Of a stretch of DNA of 64,000 bases, positions 19,397-28,858 are shown one piece after another. The notes beneath the pieces were generated by a model, which saw only the letters and a list, made by a program, of their open reading frames with translations, was not told the origin of the DNA and ran no database searches. Position 1 is the stretch's first letter; each line of letters starts with the position of its first letter. The translations under genes and the position numbers were made by a program. The stretch is from an uncultured delta proteobacterium (GTDB lineage Bacteria; Desulfobacterota; Syntrophia; Syntrophales; UBA2185). Location: positions 160,001 through 224,000 of the forward strand of contig CAVOID010000004.1 in NCBI GenBank assembly GCA_963695875.1, given 5' to 3'.

Positions 19397-19438
19397 AGCG
19401 CACCCTGATGATTTCAAGTACATGAAATATATGCGACA

Positions 19439-19483
19439 CCTCTCACGCCGGAAACTCGGGTTCAAGTCCACTTGGCACTACCA
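19439..19483 (+). repeat. Displaced tRNA-Glu 3' fragment (att-like direct repeat)
   Basis: cctctcacgccggaaactcgggttcaagtcc is identical to 2369-2399. Confidence 0.9.
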
Positions 19484-19733
19484 AAAATCTCTGGGCTTGC
19501 ATAAATAAAATCCCTTCCTGCCGACAATGTCTATTTAAGTCCTGACCGAATCTTCGACTTTACTTGCTGCTGCTTGCGATCAATAAATAGTTGGCATCAG
19601 CAATTACGATTTGAAATGCATAATACGGATACAATTCTTGCGTGTTGAAATATATTGAGATGTTAATAACACTAAAACTGTATACCTAGGCCCGCGGCGC
19701 AGGGAAAATCCTGCCGGACTCTTCCCTGTGAGA

Positions 19734-19928
19734 TTACTGAGGGACATCCACTTTATCTTTGCGGTAAAACTCCGTCAGGAACTCAGCTTCTTTTGGAGAA
19801 AGGTCAAAACGTGAGACCGCATTGTTGACAAGCTTCTGAAGAGACTTGTTCGGATCTTCCTGCAATTCGCCAGAGATCCATTTGACGGCTTTTCGAATAG
19901 CTTCTCCTTCTGGCATAATCGTGGTCAT
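19734..19928 (-). CDS. Conserved small hypothetical protein
   Basis: AGGAG SD; MTTIMPEGEAIRKAVKWIS...RFDLSPKEAEFL. Confidence 0.7.
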   Translation of the reverse strand: MTTIMPEGEAIRKAVKWISGELQEDPNKSLQKLVNNAVSRFDLSPKEAEFLTEFYRKDKVDVPQ

Positions 19929-20038
19929 ATCTATACGCTCCTGTACTCTACAAAACAAGAAAGGGTGGAGAACCACTCCAACCCTCTCTTGTAGTATATA
20001 GCTGTCTATTTATGAGTCATTCCATCGAAGTTAAAATT

Positions 20039-20308
20039 TTACTTCACGGCATCTTTTAATGCCTTACCAGCCGTAAACTTGGGGACCTTTTTGGCCGCGA
20101 TCTTGATCGGTTTGCCGGTCTGAGGATTTCTTCCTGTTCTGGCAGATCTTTTTGAGACAGAGAAAGTCCCGAAACCGACGAGGGTTACCTTGTTTCCCTT
20201 TTTAAGCGATTTCTTGATCGCATCAAGGAAGGCACTTACAGCCTTTCCAGCCTCTACCTTGCTGCAGGTAATTTTTGCAACCTCATTGACGATATCATCT
20301 TTGTTCAT
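20039..20308 (-). CDS. hup: HU-family DNA-binding protein
   Basis: MNKDDIV...VTLVGFGTFSV...RTGRNPQTG...KFTAGKALK. Confidence 0.95.
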   Translation of the reverse strand: MNKDDIVNEVAKITCSKVEAGKAVSAFLDAIKKSLKKGNKVTLVGFGTFSVSKRSARTGRNPQTGKPIKIAAKKVPKFTAGKALKDAVK

Positions 20309-20638
20309 CCCATCATCCTCCCTTTTTTAGTGTTAATCTTGATCCGCCAAAGGCGGTAACTTCGATCCCTTAATCAATAAGACTGTATCTATATAAATTT
20401 TGAGCTTTAAAAAAGCAACATTTAAATTTAATTTTTTTAAAATTTTTTTAAATCCTTTTAATAAAGTTTCATAAATAGATCGGTTTGATAATTTACCTCG
20501 TCGATACGCGCCGTAATAGATGACTCCGCAGATCGGTTAAATAGGATTTTTGCGTCCAGAACTCTGTCGCGGGCAGTTTTTTCAATTGACTCTTATCGCG
20601 TTGACAACAGAGAAATAGTATTTATTGGGTTCTCTATG

Positions 20639-21163
20639 CTACTTCAAAAAATAGGTTTGTGTGGGATGCATGAGGTGACGCCTGCCGGAGGGCGCCTCGC
20701 GTGTTGTGCAATTGCGGCGGTCAAGATGCCTTAAACCAATTGAATCGAAGAGTATGATTCGCTTTTTGGTAATCTTATGTGCGATAGTCCAGTGATCATG
20801 TTCACCACCGAGACTGAGTAGAATGACCCGCTTCTCCCCTTGCGTCCGTCCCTCATCAAGAAACCTTTTCATCTCTGTCCAGAATTGGCCGATCTTCACA
20901 TTTGGTTGCTTCTGGAATGGGATTGATCGGTTCATTCTATCACCGATAACATCCTTGAATATGCTCCCCATTACCGTTACACTGATTCCCGATATGAGAG
21001 AAACAGCAAAACTCTTACTGTCTTCAAGGTAGTACACAATCTGTGCAAAGAGTTCCTTTGATTCATCATTATTAAGGCCCCTGATGATTCGCATGGCGTT
21101 GACAATGCTGTATATTCCACACAATGAACTAAGTGCGCCTTGTTCATAAGGCTTGAGTTTCAT
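20639..21163 (-). CDS. Hypothetical protein with a papain-like Q/C...HW...DS pattern
   Basis: EQGALSSLCGIYSIVNA...DHWTI...ILFDS; GAGGA SD. Confidence 0.55.
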   Translation of the reverse strand: MKLKPYEQGALSSLCGIYSIVNAMRIIRGLNNDESKELFAQIVYYLEDSKSFAVSLISGISVTVMGSIFKDVIGDRMNRSIPFQKQPNVKIGQFWTEMKRFLDEGRTQGEKRVILLSLGGEHDHWTIAHKITKKRIILFDSIGLRHLDRRNCTTREAPSGRRHLMHPTQTYFLK

Positions 21164-21319
21164 TAATCATTCCTCAAAAAATAATTGTGAGAGTTTTATA
21201 ATTATACCACATTATTATTTTACATTGCGAAATGCTTTTCAATCTTCTCAGGATAAGACATAATAGTTCGAAGCATCATAAGAAGATGGTTTAAAGTTCT
21301 TTTGAATGTTCTGATTCTT

Positions 21320-21685
21320 TTAACTGTCGATTTTATCTGAAGGTTTTTTTCGTTGATGCGGTGTGAGATGATTAGTTCCATATCTGGTATAGTGAGCGTA
21401 ATCTTTCAGCCACAGTTCAATGATTTCTTTCAGTTCATTTACGGCGTCCATGTATTCGCCTGTTACATCTTCTTTCACCACTTTATCTAATACGATGGAA
21501 ACGTCCTGAATGAAATCCCTCGATCTGTCACGGTATAAATAATTCCTAATTTCCGACATTTCGGTTTCTATATCGTTCAATCTCTTGTTTATCTGATGTT
21601 GTTGTTCACTCAGATTGCCAAATTCATTCCTTAAAGTTGAAAATCTCTTAATCATTTCCTTTAGCTTATCGTCGTTCTGTAACAT
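21320..21685 (-). CDS. Hypothetical coiled-coil protein
   Basis: Heptad-rich N-terminal half; AAAGGA upstream of ATG 21685. Confidence 0.5.
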   Translation of the reverse strand: MLQNDDKLKEMIKRFSTLRNEFGNLSEQQHQINKRLNDIETEMSEIRNYLYRDRSRDFIQDVSIVLDKVVKEDVTGEYMDAVNELKEIIELWLKDYAHYTRYGTNHLTPHQRKKPSDKIDS

Positions 21686-21727
21686 ATTAAAATTTCCTTT
21701 GTTTTTTTCACACACTCTTGAGAAATA

Positions 21728-23875
21728 TCACGATGGGTTCAGTTCTCTCATGAGCATATTGTATTCAGACCAATGGTACCTGAGATTTTCTACCAACGGA
21801 GCAAGGATATTGATGTAATCGTCGGTCCAGGGCGCACTTCCATTTAAGCCATCATCCTTTCCGAGTCTTACCCAGCCGCGGTCTACCAGAGGCTGGAGGC
21901 GTTCAGGGCTCCTTGAGAGTGCGACGCACCAGGAGGCATTCTGATAATATTTCAATTTGTCTTTTGTTACCGGTACGTTTATGGCTCCGTACAGGTTCAG
22001 CCCCACAGATGTGGATTTGATCACCGGACGCAGCTCATAGTAGCGGTTGGAGACGTGGAAAAGTATTACCCCATTTTCCGCCAGCCGGCTAAGATAGATT
22101 TCTATCGCTTCCCGTGTCAGTAAGTGGGTCGGGATACCATCACCGGTAAAGGCATCCATGTGGATGATGTCGTACTCGGTGTCATCAGTGTCTGCTTTTT
22201 GCATTGAGAGGCGGCCGTCACCGACGACAATGCGCATTTCTCCCTTACAGTCATCAAGATAGGTAAACCACCGGCGAGCAATCTTTTCATTGTCAGGATC
22301 TATTTCGTAATAGGTAATACGGTCATCCCGTCTCGCATACGCTGCTACAGCGCCTGAGCCCAGCCCTAACACTGCGATTCTGCGAGGCGCTGAGGTTGTT
22401 TCATAGACTTCAGCAATTCCTCCACCCGGGTAAAAATAAGAAATGGGCGTCTGCCGCATTCCCGGATCCAGCAGTTGTGCCCCATGCAGGGTCCGGCCGT
22501 GCAGCAGCTTCCTCAGCCCTTCAGGAAGGCCTTCTACCGATGGTTCGTCTTTAATACGGTAGGTTCCGTAAAAGTTACGGTGACGAAATTTAATCGGCTC
22601 TTTCAATGACGCCCAACTCTCCATTCCTATAAGCGTGAGAATAATGACCATGACCAGGATACGGCTGCCAGCGGCCAGAACTGAGGAGCCTGGCCGGTAG
22701 AGGGCAAAAGACCTGTCGCAGCACCACCAGAATGAAACACCGAATAGCACGACCAAAAGCGGATATTCAAACAGTCCTCTAAATATAAAAGGCGCCATAA
22801 GACTGATTACGGCACCACCTATCCATCCCCCCAATGAGATGGTGAGGTAGAAATTGGTGAGAACACCTGCGGGCGGGCGGTACTCGTAAAGAGTGCCGTG
22901 GGCAACGAGGCAGATTGTAAAAAAGACGGCTAAGTGTCCGAAGATGGAAAGCCAGTGGGAAGGTCCCCACAGATACAATGCAAATGTAAAAAGCAGGACT
23001 TCCGGCCATAGAATTCTTAAATATTTGGGGACGCCGCCATTGCTGCGGAAGGTTACGATAAAGCTGCCTAAATAAAGGGCAAGAGGAGCGACCCAGGTCA
23101 ATGGGAAAGACCCAACTTCCAGTGCTATAAAATTTGTCACAGCAAGGAGGAAAGCGGAAGGGAGACTACTTAATAACAGCCACCTCAGGTATGTCGAAGG
23201 TGTAATGGCATGCTGTTCAATTCCCCGAATGCTCTCCAAAATCAGCTTATTTCGTTCTCTATCGGGACGGAGCTGAAACCAGGCCGCCACAACAATAATC
23301 CCATAAACAATATACATTCCCATCCAGGAAATGCTCTGTATTCTTAAACCCACCAGAGGTTCTGCTATGAATGTGTACCCCAGCAATGCGATAAGAGACC
23401 CTGCGTTGGAAGCTGCGTAGAGAGGGTACGGGTCGTAGTATTCCCCGACTTTAGATCGATGCAGCCATAGTTGTGCGACTACCGCTGTCGTTGAAAGTAC
23501 AATAAAAGGCAGCGCCACATTCATAAGCAGCATGGCGAGAACGTTAAGGAGTGGCGCGTGGGGATCGGGTTCCCCATGGATATTCAATGGCAGATTGATC
23601 AGTGGAAGGGCGAGAAGGAGTAAATGCCAGCCCCCCATTTTTTTTGCAAAGAGATGGGCGTATAAATAGCCTAACAGGAGCATCGCCTGATAAAACATGA
23701 GACAGGTTAACCAGACATGGGCTGCACCGCCAAAATAAGGGGTCAGCAGCCGGCCGACAAGCGGCTCCATCCCAAAAAGGAGAAGTGCACCGGAAAAAAC
23801 CATACTTGTAAGTACCACCATGGCCAGCCTATGGTTGACGGTACCGGTTTTTGAGTAAATTTTTTTTTCCATCAA
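21728..23875 (-). CDS. Integral membrane protein with C-terminal spermidine-synthase-like (class I SAM) domain
   Basis: Multi-TM N-terminus (YAASNAGS); HGRTLHGAQ, VLGLGSG, YEIDP, GDGR, DAFTGD, WTDD. Confidence 0.88.
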   Translation of the reverse strand: MMEKKIYSKTGTVNHRLAMVVLTSMVFSGALLLFGMEPLVGRLLTPYFGGAAHVWLTCLMFYQAMLLLGYLYAHLFAKKMGGWHLLLLALPLINLPLNIHGEPDPHAPLLNVLAMLLMNVALPFIVLSTTAVVAQLWLHRSKVGEYYDPYPLYAASNAGSLIALLGYTFIAEPLVGLRIQSISWMGMYIVYGIIVVAAWFQLRPDRERNKLILESIRGIEQHAITPSTYLRWLLLSSLPSAFLLAVTNFIALEVGSFPLTWVAPLALYLGSFIVTFRSNGGVPKYLRILWPEVLLFTFALYLWGPSHWLSIFGHLAVFFTICLVAHGTLYEYRPPAGVLTNFYLTISLGGWIGGAVISLMAPFIFRGLFEYPLLVVLFGVSFWWCCDRSFALYRPGSSVLAAGSRILVMVIILTLIGMESWASLKEPIKFRHRNFYGTYRIKDEPSVEGLPEGLRKLLHGRTLHGAQLLDPGMRQTPISYFYPGGGIAEVYETTSAPRRIAVLGLGSGAVAAYARRDDRITYYEIDPDNEKIARRWFTYLDDCKGEMRIVVGDGRLSMQKADTDDTEYDIIHMDAFTGDGIPTHLLTREAIEIYLSRLAENGVILFHVSNRYYELRPVIKSTSVGLNLYGAINVPVTKDKLKYYQNASWCVALSRSPERLQPLVDRGWVRLGKDDGLNGSAPWTDDYINILAPLVENLRYHWSEYNMLMRELNPS

Positions 23876-24052
23876 TATACTTTGAAAAATTCTCCTTAAT
23901 GATCTTTTAAAAACGGGGGAAGTATAAAGTGACCCCCTTTATTAGGAAGGGAAGATTGAGAATATTTATCGCAACCTACTACCACATAAGGCAAGGAACA
24001 GCTATAAAAATTGACATGTCGAACTTGCAACAAATCTTTTCAAAACGTCCTC

Positions 24053-25383
24053 TGTTGTCAACAAATAGAATTGTCCTATTTTGTAGCAAATGAATTGTCC
24101 ACTTTTGTGATACTATGGGAAGGGCGGTGGACTTACGCTGCCTTTCCTTTTTTTGTTTCTTTAAACTTCCCGCGTTGATCGTAAGCGGCCAATTTGCGAG
24201 GGCCATGAAAAACAGCGAGTGATCCATCCATATAGCGATGGACCCTTACCTTGACACGTACATAATGACAACGGTACTTGTCAGGGGGGATCTGCAAAGT
24301 CTTTCCCTCAAAGCTGACACAGTTATCCGAGGACACGGTACGCTCGTATTGTTCGCATAGGACGTCATCGATGTCTTTTCCTATCCATGTGACGAAGGCT
24401 GATCCTTCCTCTGCGGCTGGCTGCATGAACTCGGCATTGAATGTCGGCAGATAAGTCTTAAGCAGATAACGGTTGGCGGCATCCATCATGGTGATTCCAT
24501 AAGCGGCCAGTTCCTTGGTGAGCCGGTCCTGATGTGTGCGAAAAGCCCTTTCAATCCTCCCCCGTGCCTCCGGAGAATAGGCGGGGATCATCTCTATCCC
24601 CAAATGCCTCATGGCACGTCCAAATTGCGTCAGTTGGGTTTTACTTACCTTACCTCCCTCATCAGGCGTATACCAGTAATGACTCCCGCGGTCGGTATAA
24701 AGAGAGCTGAATAAACCATCCTTAAGAATTATCTCCTTCACCCCTCGAAAACTGCTCTCCGTTCCTTCCTCGTGGACAAAAAACATCGAATAATGCTCAT
24801 TAGTTGCATCGTCCATGGTTACAATCAGGTCCCACTTCTTCCCTGGCACCCATTCATGAGTGCTTCCATCCTGATGTAACATCATGCCTGGTATAGGAGA
24901 TCGTTCCCGTCGTTTACGATGCGCTCCCCGCTTAGGCGCCTTGGGAACCAATCCTTGCGACTGGAGGGTGCTCTTTACCCACGTGTAACTCCTTTGACCA
25001 CCATCGTGTTTATACCACCCATAAAAATGCTTTACGTTCCAACCCAGGTGCCGCCTCTTGTATCTGTCAACAAGCGCTATAACTTCATCCACGGAAGCAC
25101 GACGGGAAGATATCTGCGTCAGACGCTTATCCAACAGTCCTTCCAATCCATTCTCCTCGTAACGATTAATGTAGCGCCGAAACGTCCTGGAACATACTCC
25201 CAATAGCCTGGCTGCTTCTTCCTGGGTCAATCGACTCTCTGTCCATCCCTCATATGACTCCTCAAATCGCATCTTCCGGATCTCCTGCATCAACTCTGTC
25301 CGTCTCATCTGTCACCTCCAGGATGACTCTTAAACCGGACAGATTATGTGCTACAACTCCGGACAGTTTATTTGCTTCTAACA
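24053..25383 (-). mobile_element. IS1202-family (formerly ISNCY) insertion sequence with 17-bp target duplication
   Basis: TGT...ACA ends; imperfect IRs; two internal repeats 24 bp apart at each end; CTTTTCAAAACGTCCTC at 24036-24052 and 25384-25400. Confidence 0.88.
24133..25308 (-). CDS. DDE transposase (IS1202/ISNCY type)
   Basis: N-terminal HTH; HQDGSTHEW, MDDAT, YTDRGS, PEARGRIER. Confidence 0.93.
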   Translation of the reverse strand: MRRTELMQEIRKMRFEESYEGWTESRLTQEEAARLLGVCSRTFRRYINRYEENGLEGLLDKRLTQISSRRASVDEVIALVDRYKRRHLGWNVKHFYGWYKHDGGQRSYTWVKSTLQSQGLVPKAPKRGAHRKRRERSPIPGMMLHQDGSTHEWVPGKKWDLIVTMDDATNEHYSMFFVHEEGTESSFRGVKEIILKDGLFSSLYTDRGSHYWYTPDEGGKVSKTQLTQFGRAMRHLGIEMIPAYSPEARGRIERAFRTHQDRLTKELAAYGITMMDAANRYLLKTYLPTFNAEFMQPAAEEGSAFVTWIGKDIDDVLCEQYERTVSSDNCVSFEGKTLQIPPDKYRCHYVRVKVRVHRYMDGSLAVFHGPRKLAAYDQRGKFKETKKGKAA

Positions 25384-25468
25384 CTTTTCAAAACGTCCTC
25401 TTGTGATAATTAGAGGTATAATGTATATTGACCGCACTTTGTTGAAAAGATTTGAGGAGGATGTATCC

Positions 25469-26836
25469 ATGGATTTTCCGTATTTGCAGAAACAGGACCC
25501 CGAAGTTTATGAACTGGTCAAGCAGGAGGAACAAAAACAACAATACAAACTGTCAATGATCCCGTCCGAAAATTTTTCTTCTCCGGCTGTCCGGGAGGCT
25601 TTGGCATCGGTATTTGTACATAAATATGCTGAGGGATACCCCCGTAAAAGATATTATGAGGGAAATCAATTTGCGGATAGTCTTGAAGAACTTTGTCAGA
25701 AGAGAGCCAGACAGGCATTTTCCCTCCCCGATGACTGGCACGTGAATGTGCAGCCACTTGCAGGGGCTAATTCAAATCTGGCCGTTTATAATGCGCTTCT
25801 GGAGCCGGGCGATACTATTTTGAGCATGTATCTTCCGGATGGCGGACACTTGTCGCATGGCTGGTCATTTCCCGAACAAGATGAACAGGGATTAGAGGGA
25901 CAGGTTGAGCAATCGATTTATTTAGGAGGTAAGAGAAAAATCAGCATTGTGTCGAAATTTTTTAAAGTGGTGCAGTACAAAGTGGAGCGTGAATCGAGAC
26001 TCTTTGATTATAAAAAGATCATGGGTATTGCAAAAGAGTACCGTCCGAAGATGATTATCTCAGGGGGTACGGCATATCCGCGGGAGATCGATTATGAGGC
26101 CCTTCACTCTATAGCGAATGAAGTAGGTGCCTACTATCTTGCCGATATCGCCCATGAGGCAGGTCTTGTAGCAGCCGGTGCCAACAAATCGCCTGTCGGG
26201 AAAGCGGACGTTATTACTTTTACAACGCATAAAACCATACGCGGACCGCGTGGTGCGGTCATCTTATGCAGGGGCGAGCTGGCCGATAAAATTGATTTTG
26301 GCGTTTTCCCCGGCTTGCAGGGAGGTCCCTTCGAGCACACAATCGCTGCTCTTGCAGTATGTTTAAAAGAGGCATGTACCCCTGCATTCAAAGAATATGC
26401 TTTTCAGGTAGTCAAAAATGCACAGAGATTGGCTCAAAGATTCATTGAAAAAGGTTTTGACGTCGTATCAGGTGGAACTGATAAACATCTCGTACTGATT
26501 GACATGAGAAGTAAGAATCTTTCTGGACGTAATCCTGCCAAGGCCCTCGACCAGGCAGGTATCATTCTGAATCGCAATTCTGTTCCCAATGAAACCGGAT
26601 CACCGATGAATCCATCAGGATTGCGCATGGGTACACCAACTATCACAACCCGCGGCATGAAAGAAGGGGAGATGGATCAGATTGCTGAATGGATTGACCG
26701 TGTTATTAAAATCGTTGGACCTTACTGTGAGTTAAAACCGGCTGAATTTGAGCAGAAGATCAAAATCATGCCTGAGCTGGATAGGATAGCGGCAGAGGTG
26801 AAATCTCTTTGCCAGAAATACCCGCTGACTATCTGA
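25469..26836 (+). CDS. glyA: Serine hydroxymethyltransferase with internal insertion
   Basis: GAGGAGG then ATG 25469; PSENF, KYAEGYP.KRYY.G, GGHLSHG, TTHKTIRGPRG, PGLQGGP. Confidence 0.95.
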   Translation: MDFPYLQKQDPEVYELVKQEEQKQQYKLSMIPSENFSSPAVREALASVFVHKYAEGYPRKRYYEGNQFADSLEELCQKRARQAFSLPDDWHVNVQPLAGANSNLAVYNALLEPGDTILSMYLPDGGHLSHGWSFPEQDEQGLEGQVEQSIYLGGKRKISIVSKFFKVVQYKVERESRLFDYKKIMGIAKEYRPKMIISGGTAYPREIDYEALHSIANEVGAYYLADIAHEAGLVAAGANKSPVGKADVITFTTHKTIRGPRGAVILCRGELADKIDFGVFPGLQGGPFEHTIAALAVCLKEACTPAFKEYAFQVVKNAQRLAQRFIEKGFDVVSGGTDKHLVLIDMRSKNLSGRNPAKALDQAGIILNRNSVPNETGSPMNPSGLRMGTPTITTRGMKEGEMDQIAEWIDRVIKIVGPYCELKPAEFEQKIKIMPELDRIAAEVKSLCQKYPLTI

Positions 26837-26968
26837 ATGGATAGTACTTGCTCCAGATTTTTTACGGGGAGTCAACAGGTACACATAGCAATATATGCTG
26901 CTGAACACATTCTCAGAGCATTTTAGCAAAAATATCAGGAATAGAGCACTAAATACAAAAGCAGTTTT

Positions 26969-27244
26969 TCACTCCCGACTGTGTACAAGCAGACCCATCA
27001 TAGCAAGCAGCATGACGGCTAAACCGAACCCTATATACGGAAAAGTGACGCTATCGAGCTTTAATACTCCCTTTTCTGTAAAGATGATCGTGTTTGAGAA
27101 GTAGCTCCAGTAAATAAAGAAACAGTAGTTTAGAAACAGAGCTATTCTCGGGTAGCCGAAAACCAATGCGAGCGTGGTCAAGGATACAAGCATAAGTATT
27201 TGAGAAAGTGATACCGTTACTTGTGTTGAAAATATTGTTTCCAT
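26969..27244 (-). CDS. Small membrane protein
   Basis: Three hydrophobic segments; GGAGG SD. Confidence 0.7.
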   Translation of the reverse strand: METIFSTQVTVSLSQILMLVSLTTLALVFGYPRIALFLNYCFFIYWSYFSNTIIFTEKGVLKLDSVTFPYIGFGLAVMLLAMMGLLVHSRE

Positions 27245-27639
27245 TTTTCTTCCCTCCCTTGTTTATAATATTTGTCTTTGCCTGATAAGCCCGTCCAAAA
27301 TTTTTGTTTGGGCTTTGGCTGTAATCTACTTCAGAACAAAATAGCAGGCTGTGACGGGGATCACAAAATATCGATTTTTTATATAGAGGCAGGGTTTAGT
27401 GAACTTGTAACGGATTAAAATTAAATGAACTTTTTACAAGGCTGTTATGAGTTATGATTCCGGAATTCCCATTTTGCATTCTTAAGCATGAGAGATTCGG
27501 GCTTTAAGTCCATTTTATATTTCTTTTGATTTGAATTGTAATACGTTGTCGAATTTGTTCATATCAAGTTGTATAAGATTACAAGATGTAAGGGTATGTG
27601 GTTGATTGCTATCAGCAATAACACATGGTAGGAATTTTC

Positions 27640-27969
27640 TTAATACCTTCTATCGCGGCCACTTCTGAATCCACCGCCGGAGTTGGACTGATGTGACCTT
27701 GGCCCCCCCCTATCCCTATCCTTTTTGGGTCTGGCCTCACTTACAACAATCGTGTTTCCGTCAAGCTGGCCCCCATGGAATTTTTGAATAGCTTCCTTCG
27801 CTTCCGCCTCAGAATCCATCTCAACGAAGCCAAATCCTTTGGATAGTCCGGATAGCCTGTCTTTTATTATATTTACTGATAGAACTTTACCCGCTCCGGA
27901 AAAGTTTGCCCGCAAGTCATCTTCTGTCACTTTGCTTGACAGATTCCCGATGTATAGTTTCTTGTTCAT
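27640..27969 (-). CDS. RRM RNA-binding protein
   Basis: KLYIGNL (RNP2), KGFGFVEM (RNP1), Gly/Arg tail. Confidence 0.93.
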   Translation of the reverse strand: MNKKLYIGNLSSKVTEDDLRANFSGAGKVLSVNIIKDRLSGLSKGFGFVEMDSEAEAKEAIQKFHGGQLDGNTIVVSEARPKKDRDRGGPRSHQSNSGGGFRSGRDRRY

Positions 27970-28000
27970 GCTTATCTCCTTTTAAGGTATCTGCAAATGT

Positions 28001-28046
28001 AAAGAGGCACCCCCGCTCAGGTGTTTACAGGAGTGCCTCTTTTTTT
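28001..28046. terminator. Intrinsic terminator-like hairpin between csp and the RRM gene
   Basis: aagaggcac...gtgcctctt stem; T-run on the + strand side, short T-run on the - strand side. Confidence 0.5.
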
Positions 28047-28058
28047 GGAAATAATTGC

Positions 28059-28259
28059 TTATGCGGTCCTCACATTAACCGCGGACGGACCTTTTGGACT
28101 TTGCTGGACATCAAATTTGACGCGCTGGCCCTCAGATAACGTCTTAAAACCGGCGTCTTGTATAGCGCTGAAATGAACAAATACGTCGCCACCTTCATCA
28201 TTGGCAATGAATCCGAAGCCCTTCTTCTCATTGAACCACTTAACGATTCCTTCTGACAT
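28059..28259 (-). CDS. cspA: Cold-shock protein
   Basis: [15 protein letters not shown]...DVFVHFSAI...GFKTL. Confidence 0.95.
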   Translation of the reverse strand: MSEGIVKWFNEKKGFGFIANDEGGDVFVHFSAIQDAGFKTLSEGQRVKFDVQQSPKGPSAVNVRTA

Positions 28260-28491
28260 TGTTTTATCCTCCTTTCTTAGATTTTTCAAAAGTTGGATTA
28301 CCACGATGACAGAAAGAACATTCCATCATAGCTCTGGAGAGCATGATGGTTAACCGTACACTTCAAAATGCTTATACCCAACTTTTATATTGCCCCTGAA
28401 CTGCAAAAAAAGCTTTCTAGTCGGGGACATGCATATCTATTATGACCTTCGTTTAAAGTCAAGTATTTTCTATAATATTATTTTTACTACA

Positions 28492-28758
28492 TTATGATCT
28501 TCTGTAGTCCTTCTTTTGCCTGCCTCGATCAGGGAGTGCCTCGTTGATTTTTAAAGGTCTTCCCTTGAAGTCTGAGCCATTTAGCGCTTTTTTGGCCTTT
28601 TCCGCTTCTGATTGATTTGACATCTCTACAAACCCAAATCCTCTTCCCTCAACGATATTTACGTTTCTGACATCTCCATAGCTGGAAAAAAGTTCTTGCA
28701 GTTGATCAACGGTCACGGAGAATCCGAGATTCCCGACATAAAGTTTGCTTCCTTGCAT
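28492..28758 (-). CDS. RRM RNA-binding protein
   Basis: KLYVGNL, RGFGFVEM. Confidence 0.93.
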   Translation of the reverse strand: MQGSKLYVGNLGFSVTVDQLQELFSSYGDVRNVNIVEGRGFGFVEMSNQSEAEKAKKALNGSDFKGRPLKINEALPDRGRQKKDYRRS

Positions 28759-28858
28759 TCTCGTCCATCCTTTCTAATTTTTTTGTTCATTCCTTATGAC
28801 TACGGATATTATTCACTCGTCCCCGGAAAGTGCCCCAAGTAATATTTTAACCAAGTGA

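Larger units (their letters stand above)
2369..19483. mobile_element. tRNA-Glu-anchored genomic island (~17 kb), no integrase seen
   Basis: tRNA 3' half 2369-2413 repeated at 19439-19483 in direct orientation (31 bp identical, then 5 mismatches in 14 bp, ending ACCA); accessory genes between. Confidence 0.8.

Noticed and set aside
20500..20590. c-di-GMP-I riboswitch upstream of hup (GGACGCAAA on the minus strand)
   Set aside because: The surrounding stems and tetraloop/receptor could not be built
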